DNA of 53,187 nt, from the NCBI GenBank assembly GCA_031290455.1, contig JAITNP010000252.1, positions 1-53,187 of the forward strand, written 5' to 3'. Source of the DNA: Treponema sp. Its GTDB lineage: Bacteria > Spirochaetota > Spirochaetia > Treponematales > Breznakiellaceae. This document shows, one piece after another, positions 18,348-28,952 of the stretch. The first letter of the stretch is position 1. Each line of letters starts with the position of its first letter. Below the pieces are notes generated by a model. That model was not told the origin of the DNA. It made no database searches and saw nothing but the letters and a program-made list of their open reading frames with translations. Made by a program: the position numbers and the translations under genes.

Positions 18348-19336
18348 ATCCTGTTCCTTTGTTCCTGTGGCCGCTGCCATCCTTCCGCCCTTGCAGAGGC
18401 GGTCCCCCCATGGGGATGGGCCGCGGCGTAGACCTGTTTTAAGCGCTCCATGTCCACATGGGCATACCGCTGGGTTGTAGAGATACTGGCATGTCCTAAT
18501 AGTTCCTGCACCACCCGGACATCGCACCCGGCGTTCACCAGGTGGGTGGCAAAACTATGCCGCAGGGCCTGGGGATGAATGTTCTTGTCTATCCCCGAGC
18601 ACGCCGCATACTGGGCGATGATCCACCGTACCCCCGGCACCGAAATGCCCCGTCCCTTCCGGTTGATGAAGAGCCGGTCCGTGGGATGTTCCGCTGGTAG
18701 CCTGTGCGTCCGTTCGGGAAGATACTCCTCCAGGGCCTGCACCGCTTCATCGGAAAAGAAAACGTACCGTTCCTTATCGCCCTTGCCGATGACCCGGGCC
18801 CCGCTCAAGTCGCTGTCCATATCCCCCTGGGTAAGGGCAACCACTTCCGAAATCCGTAGTCCCCCGGAATATATGGTGAGGATCAATGCCTTATCCCGGC
18901 GGGGCCATAGCATCTGCGCCGTATCGGGAAGGGCCACCAATCGCGCCATTTCTCCCTCCCAAAGGAAAGCCGGCAAGGTTTGCGGAACTTTAAGGTTCCG
19001 TAATATCCCTGAAGGGTCGTCGCACCGGTAGCCCATACGCATGAGCCAGCGGTAAAAGCCCCGCATTGAGGACAGCGCCCGGTTCACGCTCACCGCAGAG
19101 AATCCCTTGGCCCCCAGATCCCCGATGAAGCCCTGAACCGCATGGGATGATGCCCCGGCAACCTCGGTATCGTGATTTTCACAATAGGACACAAAATGGG
19201 CAAGATCCGTGCGGTATGCCCCCAGGGTCCGCTCCGCTACCCTGCGTACCGACCCAAGGTAGCACAGGTATTCTTCGATTTTACTCGGCATATTCGATTG
19301 ACGCTGCCTGTTCGATTGCTGTTGCCGGTTCTGCAT
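18344..19336 (-). CDS. xerC: tyrosine recombinase XerC/CodV
   Basis: 330 aa with '...[38 protein letters not shown]'. The start could instead be Met16 (19291). Either start overlaps the topA 3' end. Confidence 0.85.
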   Translation of the reverse strand: MQNRQQQSNRQRQSNMPSKIEEYLCYLGSVRRVAERTLGAYRTDLAHFVSYCENHDTEVAGASSHAVQGFIGDLGAKGFSAVSVNRALSSMRGFYRWLMRMGYRCDDPSGILRNLKVPQTLPAFLWEGEMARLVALPDTAQMLWPRRDKALILTIYSGGLRISEVVALTQGDMDSDLSGARVIGKGDKERYVFFSDEAVQALEEYLPERTHRLPAEHPTDRLFINRKGRGISVPGVRWIIAQYAACSGIDKNIHPQALRHSFATHLVNAGCDVRVVQELLGHASISTTQRYAHVDMERLKQVYAAAHPHGGTASARAEGWQRPQEQRNRI

Positions 19337-21626
19337 CCGCTAATCCGGAATCCTCATCATCAGAACTAGGAAGATAATTACATGCCGGGTTGATACAGCC
19401 AGTGTGGTATCCGTTTTTCTTATCGTATTTTTCAACCATGCATTGTCCGCACTGGGGACAGGTCTGATTTATGGGTTTAAAATGGCTGATAAAATCACAG
19501 GCAGGATAATTGGTACAGCCGTAGAATTCTTTGCCCCGGCCCCGGGTCTTGCGGGCCACGATGTCCCCCCCGCAGCGGGGGCACTTTGCCAGAGGTATGG
19601 ATCGGGTATGCCGGCATTCCGGGAAACCGGTACAGGCCAGGAAGTAACCGAAACGGCCCAGTTTTTTCACCAAGGGTTTCCCGCACTGCTCACAGTAATA
19701 GTCGGTGGGTTCATCCAGGGACCCCTTGAAGGATTCCAGGTTTTTTCCCACTGCTTCTACCTGGTCCTTGAAGGGGTCGTAGAATTCCCGGATCATATCG
19801 GGCCACCGGAGCTGGCTTTCTTCAACCGCATCCAGCTTGTTTTCCATGGAAGCGGTAAAGGCCGTGTCCACCACATGGGGGAAATACTCCACCAGCATAT
19901 CGCAGATCAAGCGGCCTAAGAGGGTAGGAACGAGCTGTTTGTTCGACCGGGTTACATAGTACCGGTCCTGTAAGACCGAAATGATGGGCGCATAAGTTGA
20001 GGGGCGGCCAATGCCCTTTTCTTCCAGGGTCTTCACGATGGAAGCATCGGTATACCGGGCCGGCCCCTGGGTAAAATGCTGTTCCGGGTAGAATTTATCT
20101 ATATGTACCGGATCACCGATTTTTAAAACCGGGTAGGGGTTCCCCTTTTCTTCCTTGGAGGCCAGGACTTTCATCACCTGATAGAACCCCTTCTCAATGA
20201 TCCGGGTACCTGCAATGCGGAAGATCCCCTCCCCCGCTCGAATGTCGGTACTGACGGTCTTGGTCTTGGCATTCTGCATCTGGCTTGCCACGAACCGTTC
20301 CCAGATAATCGTATAGAGCCGGAGCTGATCCTTGGAAAGATACTCCTTGACCGTGTCAGGGGTATAGGTACTATAGGTGGGCCTGATCGCCTCATGGGCA
20401 TCCTGGGCCTTCTTGCCCACGGTGTATTCAACGGCCTTGTCGGGGAGGTCCTGGGGGTAGTGTTCCCCGATCCAGACACGGACCTCCTCCAGGGCAACCT
20501 GAGAAATCCGTACCGAGTCGGTACGCATATAGGTGATAAGTCCCACCCGGGAACTGCCGAGGTTCACCCCCTCGTAGAGCTGCTGGGCGACCTGCATGGT
20601 TTTTTTGCCAGTGAAGCCCAGACGGTTCGCGGCGGTCTGCTGCAGTTGCGAGGTGGTAAAAGGCGGGCGGGGCTTCACGGTTTTATCGAGTTCCCGTATA
20701 TCCGCAACCACACCCTCGATGCCGGTGAGCTGCCCAATGATGGCGGTCACCGCGTCTTCGTTCTTGAGCTCCGGCTTATTCCCCTGCCAGGAAACGAGCT
20801 GGGCGGTAAAACAGGTCTTCCCCACCATAAAATCCGCTTCAAGGGTCCAGTATTCTTCGGGGATAAAGGATTCCACCTCTTTTTCCCGTTCGCAGATGAG
20901 CCGTAAGGCCACGGACTGGACTCGTCCTGCGGAAAGCCCGTTCTTCACCTTTTTCCAGAGCAGGGGAGAAAGATTGTACCCCACGAGGCGATCCAAAACC
21001 CGCCGGGCTTTTTGGGCATTCACCTTGGCATCGTCAATCGAGCCGGGATGGGCCACGGCGTCCTTAATCGCCATCGGGGTGATCTCGTTAAAAGCAATCC
21101 GTTGAATAGGAACCTTGTCGGCTTTGGCGGTGATGGCGTTCTTGAGGTGCCAAGCTATGGCTTCCCCTTCCCGGTCATTATCACTGGCGAGGAGCACCGT
21201 ATCTGATTTTTTCGCGTCCCCCTGCAATTCCTTGAGGAGTTTTGCCCGCCCCCGGACGGTGATATATTCAGGCGCAAAATCATGATCCACATCAATGGCC
21301 ATCCGGGATTTGGGCAGATCGATCAGGTGCCCCATGGAGGCCTTTACGGTGTATGAAGGCCCCAGGTATTTCTCAATGGTCTTTGCCTTGGCCGGAGATT
21401 CCACGATAACCAGGGTTTTTTTATCCTCGACCACAACCGCTTTTTTTTCTTTCTTTTTCCGCTGCTGCTTGACCGCCGATTCCTGCACCGCTGCTGGGGA
21501 TGGTTTTTCCCGGAGTGTTTTTGTCCGGGTTATTTTGGCCCGACTTGTTTTTATATCGAACACTTCTTCTCCCGTCTTTTCCGGTTTTGCTTGTTTCTCC
21601 GCTGTTTTTCGGCTCTTTACCGCCAT
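19281..21626 (-). CDS. topA: DNA topoisomerase I
   Basis: 781 aa with Toprim 'TLVIVESPAKAKTIEKYLG' and three C-terminal C4 zinc ribbons. A Lys-rich N-terminal extension of about 70 aa precedes the Toprim domain. Confidence 0.95.
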   Translation of the reverse strand: MAVKSRKTAEKQAKPEKTGEEVFDIKTSRAKITRTKTLREKPSPAAVQESAVKQQRKKKEKKAVVVEDKKTLVIVESPAKAKTIEKYLGPSYTVKASMGHLIDLPKSRMAIDVDHDFAPEYITVRGRAKLLKELQGDAKKSDTVLLASDNDREGEAIAWHLKNAITAKADKVPIQRIAFNEITPMAIKDAVAHPGSIDDAKVNAQKARRVLDRLVGYNLSPLLWKKVKNGLSAGRVQSVALRLICEREKEVESFIPEEYWTLEADFMVGKTCFTAQLVSWQGNKPELKNEDAVTAIIGQLTGIEGVVADIRELDKTVKPRPPFTTSQLQQTAANRLGFTGKKTMQVAQQLYEGVNLGSSRVGLITYMRTDSVRISQVALEEVRVWIGEHYPQDLPDKAVEYTVGKKAQDAHEAIRPTYSTYTPDTVKEYLSKDQLRLYTIIWERFVASQMQNAKTKTVSTDIRAGEGIFRIAGTRIIEKGFYQVMKVLASKEEKGNPYPVLKIGDPVHIDKFYPEQHFTQGPARYTDASIVKTLEEKGIGRPSTYAPIISVLQDRYYVTRSNKQLVPTLLGRLICDMLVEYFPHVVDTAFTASMENKLDAVEESQLRWPDMIREFYDPFKDQVEAVGKNLESFKGSLDEPTDYYCEQCGKPLVKKLGRFGYFLACTGFPECRHTRSIPLAKCPRCGGDIVARKTRGRGKEFYGCTNYPACDFISHFKPINQTCPQCGQCMVEKYDKKNGYHTGCINPACNYLPSSDDEDSGLADAEPATAIEQAASIEYAE

Positions 21627-21632
21627 GGCAAC

Positions 21633-22634
21633 CTATTCCTCATAAACAATATTCAATGACCGGGCCAGAGACAATGCCAATGCGTATCCCTGCAAATCCC
21701 CGTCTGATTCCCGGTCTCCAGAGCACTGCTGCTCCCCAAGCCCCTCAGCGGCCGCTCCCCGCGGGGTAATACCCCATTCCGCGAGGATCTCCACCGCTGT
21801 GGTAATAACACCGGCCCCTTCCTCTGCAAGCTTCCTGGTTCCTTCCCCCAGCGGAGAGGCAACCCCTGCCGAAGCGACCCAGAGGTCTCTCCCCTGCTCC
21901 AGGGCAAACTGGGCGGTGATAAGGGCGCCAGAGGCCTGGGGAGCCTCTACAATCAAGACACCCCGTGACAAGCCGGCAATGATCCGGTTCCGCGCCGGGA
22001 AATGCCATTTCCGGGGTTGTATCCCCGGGGGATACTCGCTCAGTAAGACACCCCCCTGTTCGACGATACGCCGGGCCAGCATACGGTTGGTGGCGGGGTA
22101 GATTTCGTCCAGACCGGAACCAAGAACCGCCACGGTTGGGGCGCCACCTTCAATATTCCCCCGATGGGCCATAGCGTCAATACCCAAGGCAAGCCCCGAA
22201 ACCACGGGGATTCCCCCCTGGGCCAAGCCCTTGGCTAGGGTATATGCCTGGGCCGTTGCAGGACCCGATGGTCGCCGGGTGCCCACCAGCGCGGCAAGGG
22301 GCACTGCGGCGTTCGGGAGTCTGCCCCGGTAAAAAAGCAGGGCTGGCGGGTCCCATATCTCCCGGAGCAGGGGCGGATATTCGGTTGCGGTATAGGAAAC
22401 ATACCCAATGCCCTGCAGCCGTGCCGCCGCCGCGTCTTTTTCCGCCTGGGCCGTGATGGCATCCATGTCCCAGGGGCGTTTGATGCCATGGCCCAACAAT
22501 CCCTCAACATCTTTTTTGGCAAGGGCCGTAACTTCCCCTTCCCGGTCAAAGCGCCGGGATAATAATACCCGGTCGGCGGGAACGAGACCGGGAATACGTC
22601 CTATGATTAAATCCAATAAGCCCCGATCATTCAT
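21633..22634 (-). CDS. dprA: DNA-processing protein DprA (Smf)
   Basis: 333 aa containing 'GLALGIDAMAHRGNIEGGAPTVAVLGSGLDEIYPATN'. Confidence 0.9.
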   Translation of the reverse strand: MNDRGLLDLIIGRIPGLVPADRVLLSRRFDREGEVTALAKKDVEGLLGHGIKRPWDMDAITAQAEKDAAAARLQGIGYVSYTATEYPPLLREIWDPPALLFYRGRLPNAAVPLAALVGTRRPSGPATAQAYTLAKGLAQGGIPVVSGLALGIDAMAHRGNIEGGAPTVAVLGSGLDEIYPATNRMLARRIVEQGGVLLSEYPPGIQPRKWHFPARNRIIAGLSRGVLIVEAPQASGALITAQFALEQGRDLWVASAGVASPLGEGTRKLAEEGAGVITTAVEILAEWGITPRGAAAEGLGEQQCSGDRESDGDLQGYALALSLARSLNIVYEE

Positions 22635-23388
22635 AGGATAACCCTAACACAAAGTCTTTGTTTTTTTCCGCCTCAGCCCGTTTAGCCGCGTCTTTGGTAC
22701 GATTGATGATCCGATCATACAAATCCACGGCAGGACGGGAAAGGCCGGCCATGTAATACGCCCGGGCCAGCACAAACATGGCCTCCACATCATTGCTACT
22801 CTGTTCCAGAAACCGTTCAAGATGGGGTATGGCTTCTACCGGCCGGTTCAGTTCAAACACATACAAAATACCAAGACCATACCGGGGCCGGGCATACCGG
22901 TCATTGAGTTCAATGGCCCTGCGGTACCCTGCCTCGGCGATGGCAAAATACCGGTCCCGTTCACTGACGCCCCCTTGATTAGCGCCGGTTCCGGGGAACC
23001 CAAGGGAGGATTTTGCAACCACCGCCGCAGAAACCCCCGTCATATAAAAGAGGGTCGCATCTTCACCATTATAGTAGATAGCCTGTTCCAGGGCCTTGAG
23101 GGCTTCGTTATGGAGTCCCCGATCCTGTAACCGGGAGGCCAAAATTTTCCAGTACACGCCGGTCTGGGCTGCATCCTTAACATGCTGCTCGATCTGCTTT
23201 TCATAATCTTTGATAGCCGCCCGCAATCCTTCAATGGTCTCGGGAGGTCCGCCGGCGCTTAATGCCGCGATCCTGTAGGCGATGTTGTTCCGTATCACAT
23301 AGTTCCGATAGGAATACGCCCCCACCGCTCCCAAGCCGATGACCACAATCACCACGATGCCTACCACCATTTCTTTTTTAATTTTCAC
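22627..23388 (-). CDS. membrane-anchored TPR-repeat protein
   Basis: 253 aa with an N-terminal TM 'VVGIVVIVVIGLGAVGAY' followed by TPR-like A/Y/L-periodic repeats. Confidence 0.6.
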   Translation of the reverse strand: MKIKKEMVVGIVVIVVIGLGAVGAYSYRNYVIRNNIAYRIAALSAGGPPETIEGLRAAIKDYEKQIEQHVKDAAQTGVYWKILASRLQDRGLHNEALKALEQAIYYNGEDATLFYMTGVSAAVVAKSSLGFPGTGANQGGVSERDRYFAIAEAGYRRAIELNDRYARPRYGLGILYVFELNRPVEAIPHLERFLEQSSNDVEAMFVLARAYYMAGLSRPAVDLYDRIINRTKDAAKRAEAEKNKDFVLGLSYE

Positions 23389-23397
23389 TATTTTACC

Positions 23398-24321
23398 CTA
23401 TGCGCGCTCATGGTGAGCGCCGTATTCCTGGAGCTTCGGCATATACTGCCGGTATTTTTCCCTGAGCAGGGAAACATCCACATGGGTATAGATCTGGGTG
23501 ATACCCAAATCCCGATGACCCAGTAATTCCTGCACTGACCGGAGATCCGCCCCCCCTGCCAGGAGTTCCGTGGCAAAACTATGCCGGAGGGTATGCAGTT
23601 TGGAACTGACCCCCGCACGCCCTGCGGTCCCGGCATAATTTTTCCACATCCCCTTCCGGGAAAGCCGCGTTCCGGTCCTGCAGATAAACAGGGCGGGACT
23701 ATTCCCGGACCCTACCAGCAGGGGACGGGCTTCATCAAGATACCGCTTGAGCCACTCGGCGGCTTCACCACCGAAAACCACCAACCGCTCCTTGTTTCCC
23801 TTGCCCCAGATCCGGGCGATACCTTCGGAAAACATGATATCCCGTACATTGAGGGAAACCGCTTCGGAAACCCGCAACCCTGCGGAATATATCAGCTCGT
23901 AGATCGCCCGGTTCCGCAAACCCTCAGGGGACCCGCTTTCAACCATGGTGAGCATCCGATCCACCGCTTCCCGTTTCAGGACCGCGGGCAAACGCCTCCC
24001 CCGCCGCGGTGGTTCCAGCAGGGCAGCGGGATTATCGCGCCGGATATGTTCATCCACCGTAAATCTGAAAAAAGAACGGAGCGCGGATATCCCCTTAGCC
24101 GTGGACCGGGAATCAATACCATCCGTGCTCCGGCGCTTTTCCAAATAACGGGAAAGCCCCTGGATATCCACGGTTTCAACCGTACCCGATGCTTCCTCAA
24201 GCCACTCAAAGAACCGATGCATCTCGAACCGGTAGGTTTCCACCGTCAAAGGAGACCGGCGTTCCAAGGCAATAAGCCGGGAATAATACTGTTCCAAAAC
24301 GATCCGATTATGTACCACCAC
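23398..24321 (-). CDS. xerD: tyrosine recombinase XerD
   Basis: 307 aa containing '...LHTLRHSFATELLAGGADLRSVQELLGHRDLGITQIYTHV'. Confidence 0.85.
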   Translation of the reverse strand: MVVHNRIVLEQYYSRLIALERRSPLTVETYRFEMHRFFEWLEEASGTVETVDIQGLSRYLEKRRSTDGIDSRSTAKGISALRSFFRFTVDEHIRRDNPAALLEPPRRGRRLPAVLKREAVDRMLTMVESGSPEGLRNRAIYELIYSAGLRVSEAVSLNVRDIMFSEGIARIWGKGNKERLVVFGGEAAEWLKRYLDEARPLLVGSGNSPALFICRTGTRLSRKGMWKNYAGTAGRAGVSSKLHTLRHSFATELLAGGADLRSVQELLGHRDLGITQIYTHVDVSLLREKYRQYMPKLQEYGAHHERA

Positions 24322-24336
24322 TGATATTGCCTGTCC

Positions 24337-25563
24337 CTATACTTCCTTACCCCCGCCGGCTGCCTTTCCCGGGGAATCCCGGTTGGGACCGTACTTGCTC
24401 CGGATTACCGCAGGAACTTCAAGATCATCATCGGCGTAGTTATTCCGGGACATAAAAAAGTCTGGACGGGTTGTTGACCGTGCCCGGATACGCTGCCATT
24501 CATCATAGGGGATAAAATCACCCCCCTTCTCTTCGGTTGATGTTTCATGGACTTTTCCCGGCTGCACTGTTTTTACCGTTTCAGCCTGAAATCCGGTGGC
24601 AATCACCGTTACCCGCAACTGCTCCCCAAGACTGGTGTCCAGATATACTCCTGAAATAATAATCGCATCCGGATCCGCTTTGGCGGTGATGATATTGACC
24701 ACATCCTGAAATTCCGCGAGGGAAAAATCATCCCCCCCAGAAACACTCACCAGGATCCGGGTGGCCCCTTCAATGGAGGTATCTTCCAGCAGCGGATTGT
24801 CCATGGCCTGGGATGCCGCCTCGGAGGCGCGGTTATCCCCTTTGCCATACCCGATACCCATGAGGGCATCCCCCTGCTCACGCATGATGGTCTCGGCATC
24901 CTCTAAATCAATATTAATCAGCCCGGTCTGGCTCACCAGATCCGAAATACCCTGCACCCCCTGCCGAAGCACATCATCGGCCTTGAGAAAAGCTTCCGTA
25001 ATAGGGGTTCTCCGCTCAACAATCGTGAGGAGATGCTGGTTCGGGATGATGATCAGGGTATCCACCGCATCCCGCAGCTTACTGATCCCTTCCTCGGCAA
25101 GGCGCATCCTGAAACGGCCTTCAAAGTCAAAAGGCTTGGTCACCACCGCGACGGTCAGGGCACCACATTCCTTGGCAACCTGGGCAATAATCGGCGCCGA
25201 TCCGGTACCCGTACCGCCTCCCATGCCTGCGGTTACAAAGACCATGTTGGCGCCCTTGAGGGCCTCGGAGATCAATTCCCGATCTTCATTGGCAGCCTTT
25301 TCACCAACATCAGGCTTCCCCCCGGCCCCCCGGCCCGCGGTAAATTTTGCCCCGATTTGCAGCTTCCGGTTCGCCTTGCATTTATTCAGATCCTGCGCGT
25401 CGGTGTTGACCGCGATGAATTCAACCCCCTGTAACCCACAGGAAATCATACGGTTTACCGCGTTGCATCCACCTCCTCCGGTACCAATAACCTTGATGAG
25501 CGCCGGACCCGGAGCCATTACTTTATCTTCAAGCACTTCAATATTCATAAAACCCCTCCCCAT
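24337..25563 (-). CDS. ftsZ: cell division GTPase FtsZ
   Basis: 408 aa with '[13 protein letters not shown]' and '[16 protein letters not shown]'. Confidence 0.97.
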   Translation of the reverse strand: MGRGFMNIEVLEDKVMAPGPALIKVIGTGGGGCNAVNRMISCGLQGVEFIAVNTDAQDLNKCKANRKLQIGAKFTAGRGAGGKPDVGEKAANEDRELISEALKGANMVFVTAGMGGGTGTGSAPIIAQVAKECGALTVAVVTKPFDFEGRFRMRLAEEGISKLRDAVDTLIIIPNQHLLTIVERRTPITEAFLKADDVLRQGVQGISDLVSQTGLINIDLEDAETIMREQGDALMGIGYGKGDNRASEAASQAMDNPLLEDTSIEGATRILVSVSGGDDFSLAEFQDVVNIITAKADPDAIIISGVYLDTSLGEQLRVTVIATGFQAETVKTVQPGKVHETSTEEKGGDFIPYDEWQRIRARSTTRPDFFMSRNNYADDDLEVPAVIRSKYGPNRDSPGKAAGGGKEV

Positions 25564-25637
25564 AAAATTTTTATATCTTTAAGGCATTTATGACCGTATC
25601 CATAGCATGACAGCATCCACGGAAAACATCTATACCC

Positions 25638-26897
25638 TTAAAAAAATTCTGTCTTAAACCAATCTACGATCTTGCCGAACAATACCGGCTGCCGCTTCTC
25701 CCGGGAACGGACTTCTCCTCCCCGTTCAACCCCATTTCGCCGTTCCCGATCATCTCCTTCCAAAACCAACCCAACCGCAGTGGCATAGGTGGGATTGCGA
25801 TACTCTTCAACCAGACCGCCCACGGAAAAGGGTATCCCTATCCGGACCGGCAATCGAAACAGCGCGGAAGCCAAGTCAACGACCCCCAAAAGCTGGGCCC
25901 CGCCGCCGGTCAGGACAATACCGCCCCCCAGGGGCCGTGAAAGGGCCACTTTATCCAGCTTTTCTTTTACCATTTTGAAGATCTCCTCCATCCGGGGCTG
26001 GATGATCATGAAAAGCTGGGATTTCGGGATGGGCAGCGGTGGCCTCCCACCAACCCGGGGCACAATAACATCCTCATCCCCATCCAGGAGTCCCTCCCAA
26101 CAGCATCCCGCGCTCAACTTAATCTGCTCCGCAGTTTCCAGGGAGATATTCTTGATCTTTGATATATCACTGGTAATCATCCCCCCTCCGGCAGGGATGG
26201 TCGTGGTTGAATAGGGGCTTCCGTCGGAATACACTAATACATCCGTGGTTCCCCCGCCCATATCAATCAGGGCCACCCCCAGCTCTTTTTCCTCATCGGT
26301 CAGCACCGACCTGCCCGCGGCCAGGGATTGGAGCACCAGATCATTCACCATGAACCCTGCCCGGTTCACGCATTTTATCAGGTTCTGGGCACTGGTAACC
26401 GAACAGGTAATGATATGGACCTCCGCTTCCAGCCGCACCCCAATCATATCCAGCGGGTCCCGGATGTTCCGTTGATCATCCACAATAAAGTTCTGAGGAA
26501 TTACCTCCAGGACCTGTCGATCCATGGGGATCACCACGGCCCGGGCCGCTTCCAGTACCCGGTTTATATCCTCCGGTCCTATTTCCCGCGTCTCCCGGTT
26601 TTTTCCGGTAACCGCCACAACTCCCCGGGAATTGATCCCGTCGATATGGTTACCTCCAATACCGGTCCAGCAGGTATGGACTTCCCGTCCACTCATCATC
26701 TCCGCCGACTCAATGGCAGCAGCGACCGACCGCAGCGTGGCTTCAATATTGACTACCACCCCCTTCCGCAGGCCCGTGGAAGGACATACGCCTACGCCGG
26801 TAATTTCGAGAATCCCATTTTCATTACGCTCACCGATCACGGCACAGACCTTGGTTGTACCTATATCGAGGCCGACAACTAATCCGTCATTAGCCAG
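25638..26897 (-). CDS. ftsA: cell division protein FtsA (start codon unresolved)
   Basis: Actin-fold protein. The essential phosphate-1 motif 'GLDIGTTKVCAV' lies upstream of the first canonical in-frame start (GTG 26840). The 5' end is provisionally set at the in-frame CTG 26897-26895, which is 6 nt after SD AAGGAGG. Confidence 0.85.
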   Translation of the reverse strand: MANDGLVVGLDIGTTKVCAVIGERNENGILEITGVGVCPSTGLRKGVVVNIEATLRSVAAAIESAEMMSGREVHTCWTGIGGNHIDGINSRGVVAVTGKNRETREIGPEDINRVLEAARAVVIPMDRQVLEVIPQNFIVDDQRNIRDPLDMIGVRLEAEVHIITCSVTSAQNLIKCVNRAGFMVNDLVLQSLAAGRSVLTDEEKELGVALIDMGGGTTDVLVYSDGSPYSTTTIPAGGGMITSDISKIKNISLETAEQIKLSAGCCWEGLLDGDEDVIVPRVGGRPPLPIPKSQLFMIIQPRMEEIFKMVKEKLDKVALSRPLGGGIVLTGGGAQLLGVVDLASALFRLPVRIGIPFSVGGLVEEYRNPTYATAVGLVLEGDDRERRNGVERGGEVRSREKRQPVLFGKIVDWFKTEFF

Positions 26898-27720
26898 AGG
26901 ATGCCTCCTTTATCGTATATGACGCGATACCGGTCCTGAAATCAATTTCCTCGATTTTATCGCCCCTTGAAACACACACATTTAATATCAACATCACATA
27001 TCGAAGCATATCTTCATTTAATTCCGCTCCCACATGGACCCGTATCCGGCTATGAACAGGATAAAGGATCAAGTCATATACGTCAAATGCCTTCCGGTTA
27101 ATTCGAATCTCCGATATCGTCGCTAACAGTTCCGGAGCGGAGGTATGTATCAATTCGAGATTAACCAGCAAGGCATGAAACAGCGGGGAAAGCCGTATCC
27201 CCAGGACGGGTTCGGTATCCATCACCCCGGATAGTATCGGCACGGACTGGAACGCATCCCGATGCTGACCTGTTGGTCCTATCATAAAAATCAATCCCTG
27301 CCGATCAAACAACACCGGGCAGACCTTGCCCTGTATCACCGCAAAGGACTGGGCCGCGGCGATGCGGCCTTTCAGGATTATCTCTACCGAATTAGGGAAG
27401 TGCTTAATCACCTGGACCGACTCTATCTGATACAGGGTTTTGATACCCCGTTCCGCCCGCCGGGAGTCTACCGTAAGATAAGAGGATCGCGGACCGATTC
27501 CTGCCTTCTCCAGCACCAGGGGCTTATCCATTTCCGGGATTCCCGTGATTTCTACCCGTGATAAGGGCAGACCGGGGATTATCACCAAGAGCCACAGTAA
27601 TTCTCCCCCCAGCAGGGCCATGATGATGAGGATGAGCCACCGGATCGCCCGTTCTACCCCGGCGGCAGTGGCAGATTGAACCGGGAGTATTTCTTCTGCA
27701 AAGATATGCTCATCGGACAT
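26890..27720 (-). CDS. ftsQ: cell division protein FtsQ (POTRA domain)
   Basis: Start taken at ATG 27720 ('MSDEHIF...'), which overlaps the ftsW end by 11 nt. One TM, then POTRA-like 'RVEITGIPEMDKPLVLEKAGI...IESVQVIKHFPNSVEIILKGR'. Confidence 0.75.
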   Translation of the reverse strand: MSDEHIFAEEILPVQSATAAGVERAIRWLILIIMALLGGELLWLLVIIPGLPLSRVEITGIPEMDKPLVLEKAGIGPRSSYLTVDSRRAERGIKTLYQIESVQVIKHFPNSVEIILKGRIAAAQSFAVIQGKVCPVLFDRQGLIFMIGPTGQHRDAFQSVPILSGVMDTEPVLGIRLSPLFHALLVNLELIHTSAPELLATISEIRINRKAFDVYDLILYPVHSRIRVHVGAELNEDMLRYVMLILNVCVSRGDKIEEIDFRTGIASYTIKEASSG

Positions 27721-28927
27721 GGTGGGCCTCTGGCTCCTGAGCGTACCAGGCTTCCGATTTTCGGGCAAACCGTCCGCCCCCGGGAACAAAGAAACCGCTT
27801 TTCTGAGGAGACCGGGAAATATTGACGACAATACCGGTGGCGACCAGGGTAACGAGCAGGGAAGATCCCCCTGCGGAAAAAAACGGCAGGGGAATTCCCG
27901 TGGCCGGGAGCGTGCCGGAGGTTACCGCAATGTTTACCAGGGTCTGGGATACGATCATGGATACCAGGCCAAAGGCTAAAAGCCGCCGGAAGGTTTCTTC
28001 CGACCGCATGGCCGCCCGATACCCCCGTAGCGCAAACACCCCAAAGAGCACAAAAAACAGCAGCACCCCTAAAAAACCAAAAGCTTCGGCATAGGCGGAA
28101 AAAATAAAATCCGAATGGATTTCCGGTACCGCCGCAATCCTCGTGATATTCTGCCCCATGCCCTTACCCCAAAAGCCACCGGATGCTATGGTCATGACCG
28201 AAGCGCGAACCTGATACCCCGCCCCATGGGGTTCCCAGGCAGGGTTCATAAAGCTGAGGAGCCGCCGCCACCGGTGCGGCTCAATCAAAACCAAGAGGAT
28301 CGAAAAAGGCACGAAAATGACCAGGGCGCTCAAAAAATACCGAATCCGTACCCCGGCCAACCAAAAAATAAAGACCCCGTTCACCGCAATAAACAAGGCG
28401 GTAGAAAAATTATTCTGTAAATAAATGAGTACGATAAACCCCAGGATCATAAAAAAGGGCGGCAAGATACTCTTCACAAAAGAATCCAGATGATCCTGTT
28501 TTTTATCAAAAATATGGGCCAAATACAGCGGCAAAATCAGCTTAACAAATTCCGAGGGTTGGAATCCCGGCAGGGAACCGATACTCACCCACCGGGTGGC
28601 GCCGTTCTTCGTCATCCCCATCCCTGGAATTAAGGGCAGCACACAGAGGACCATCCCCCCCAGGGCCAACAGTATGGGGATCTTCCCTTTCCGTAACACA
28701 TCCAGATTAATGCGAGAAGCCAGAAAGAACAGCGCCATGCCCACAAACCCCAGCATGAGTTGCTTTGAAATAAAATAAAGCCCCCCTCCGTAGTCCCGTT
28801 CCGCAAGGCCATAGGAGGATGAATACAACGTTACCAACCCTATGCCGATAAGCATAAGAATACTTGCAATGAGTATTTGATCCGCCTGGAGCTTCCCTCT
28901 GGTCTTTTCAACATTAAATCGATGCAT
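27710..28927 (-). CDS. ftsW: SEDS-family peptidoglycan polymerase FtsW
   Basis: 405-aa polytopic FtsW/RodA/SpoVE-type protein ('...PEIHSDFIFSAYAEAFGFLG...LPATGIPLPFFSAGGSS'). Located in the dcw cluster. Confidence 0.9.
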   Translation of the reverse strand: MHRFNVEKTRGKLQADQILIASILMLIGIGLVTLYSSSYGLAERDYGGGLYFISKQLMLGFVGMALFFLASRINLDVLRKGKIPILLALGGMVLCVLPLIPGMGMTKNGATRWVSIGSLPGFQPSEFVKLILPLYLAHIFDKKQDHLDSFVKSILPPFFMILGFIVLIYLQNNFSTALFIAVNGVFIFWLAGVRIRYFLSALVIFVPFSILLVLIEPHRWRRLLSFMNPAWEPHGAGYQVRASVMTIASGGFWGKGMGQNITRIAAVPEIHSDFIFSAYAEAFGFLGVLLFFVLFGVFALRGYRAAMRSEETFRRLLAFGLVSMIVSQTLVNIAVTSGTLPATGIPLPFFSAGGSSLLVTLVATGIVVNISRSPQKSGFFVPGGGRFARKSEAWYAQEPEAHHVR

Positions 28928-28952
28928 TGCTATCTATACCAATTTTTCCCCA

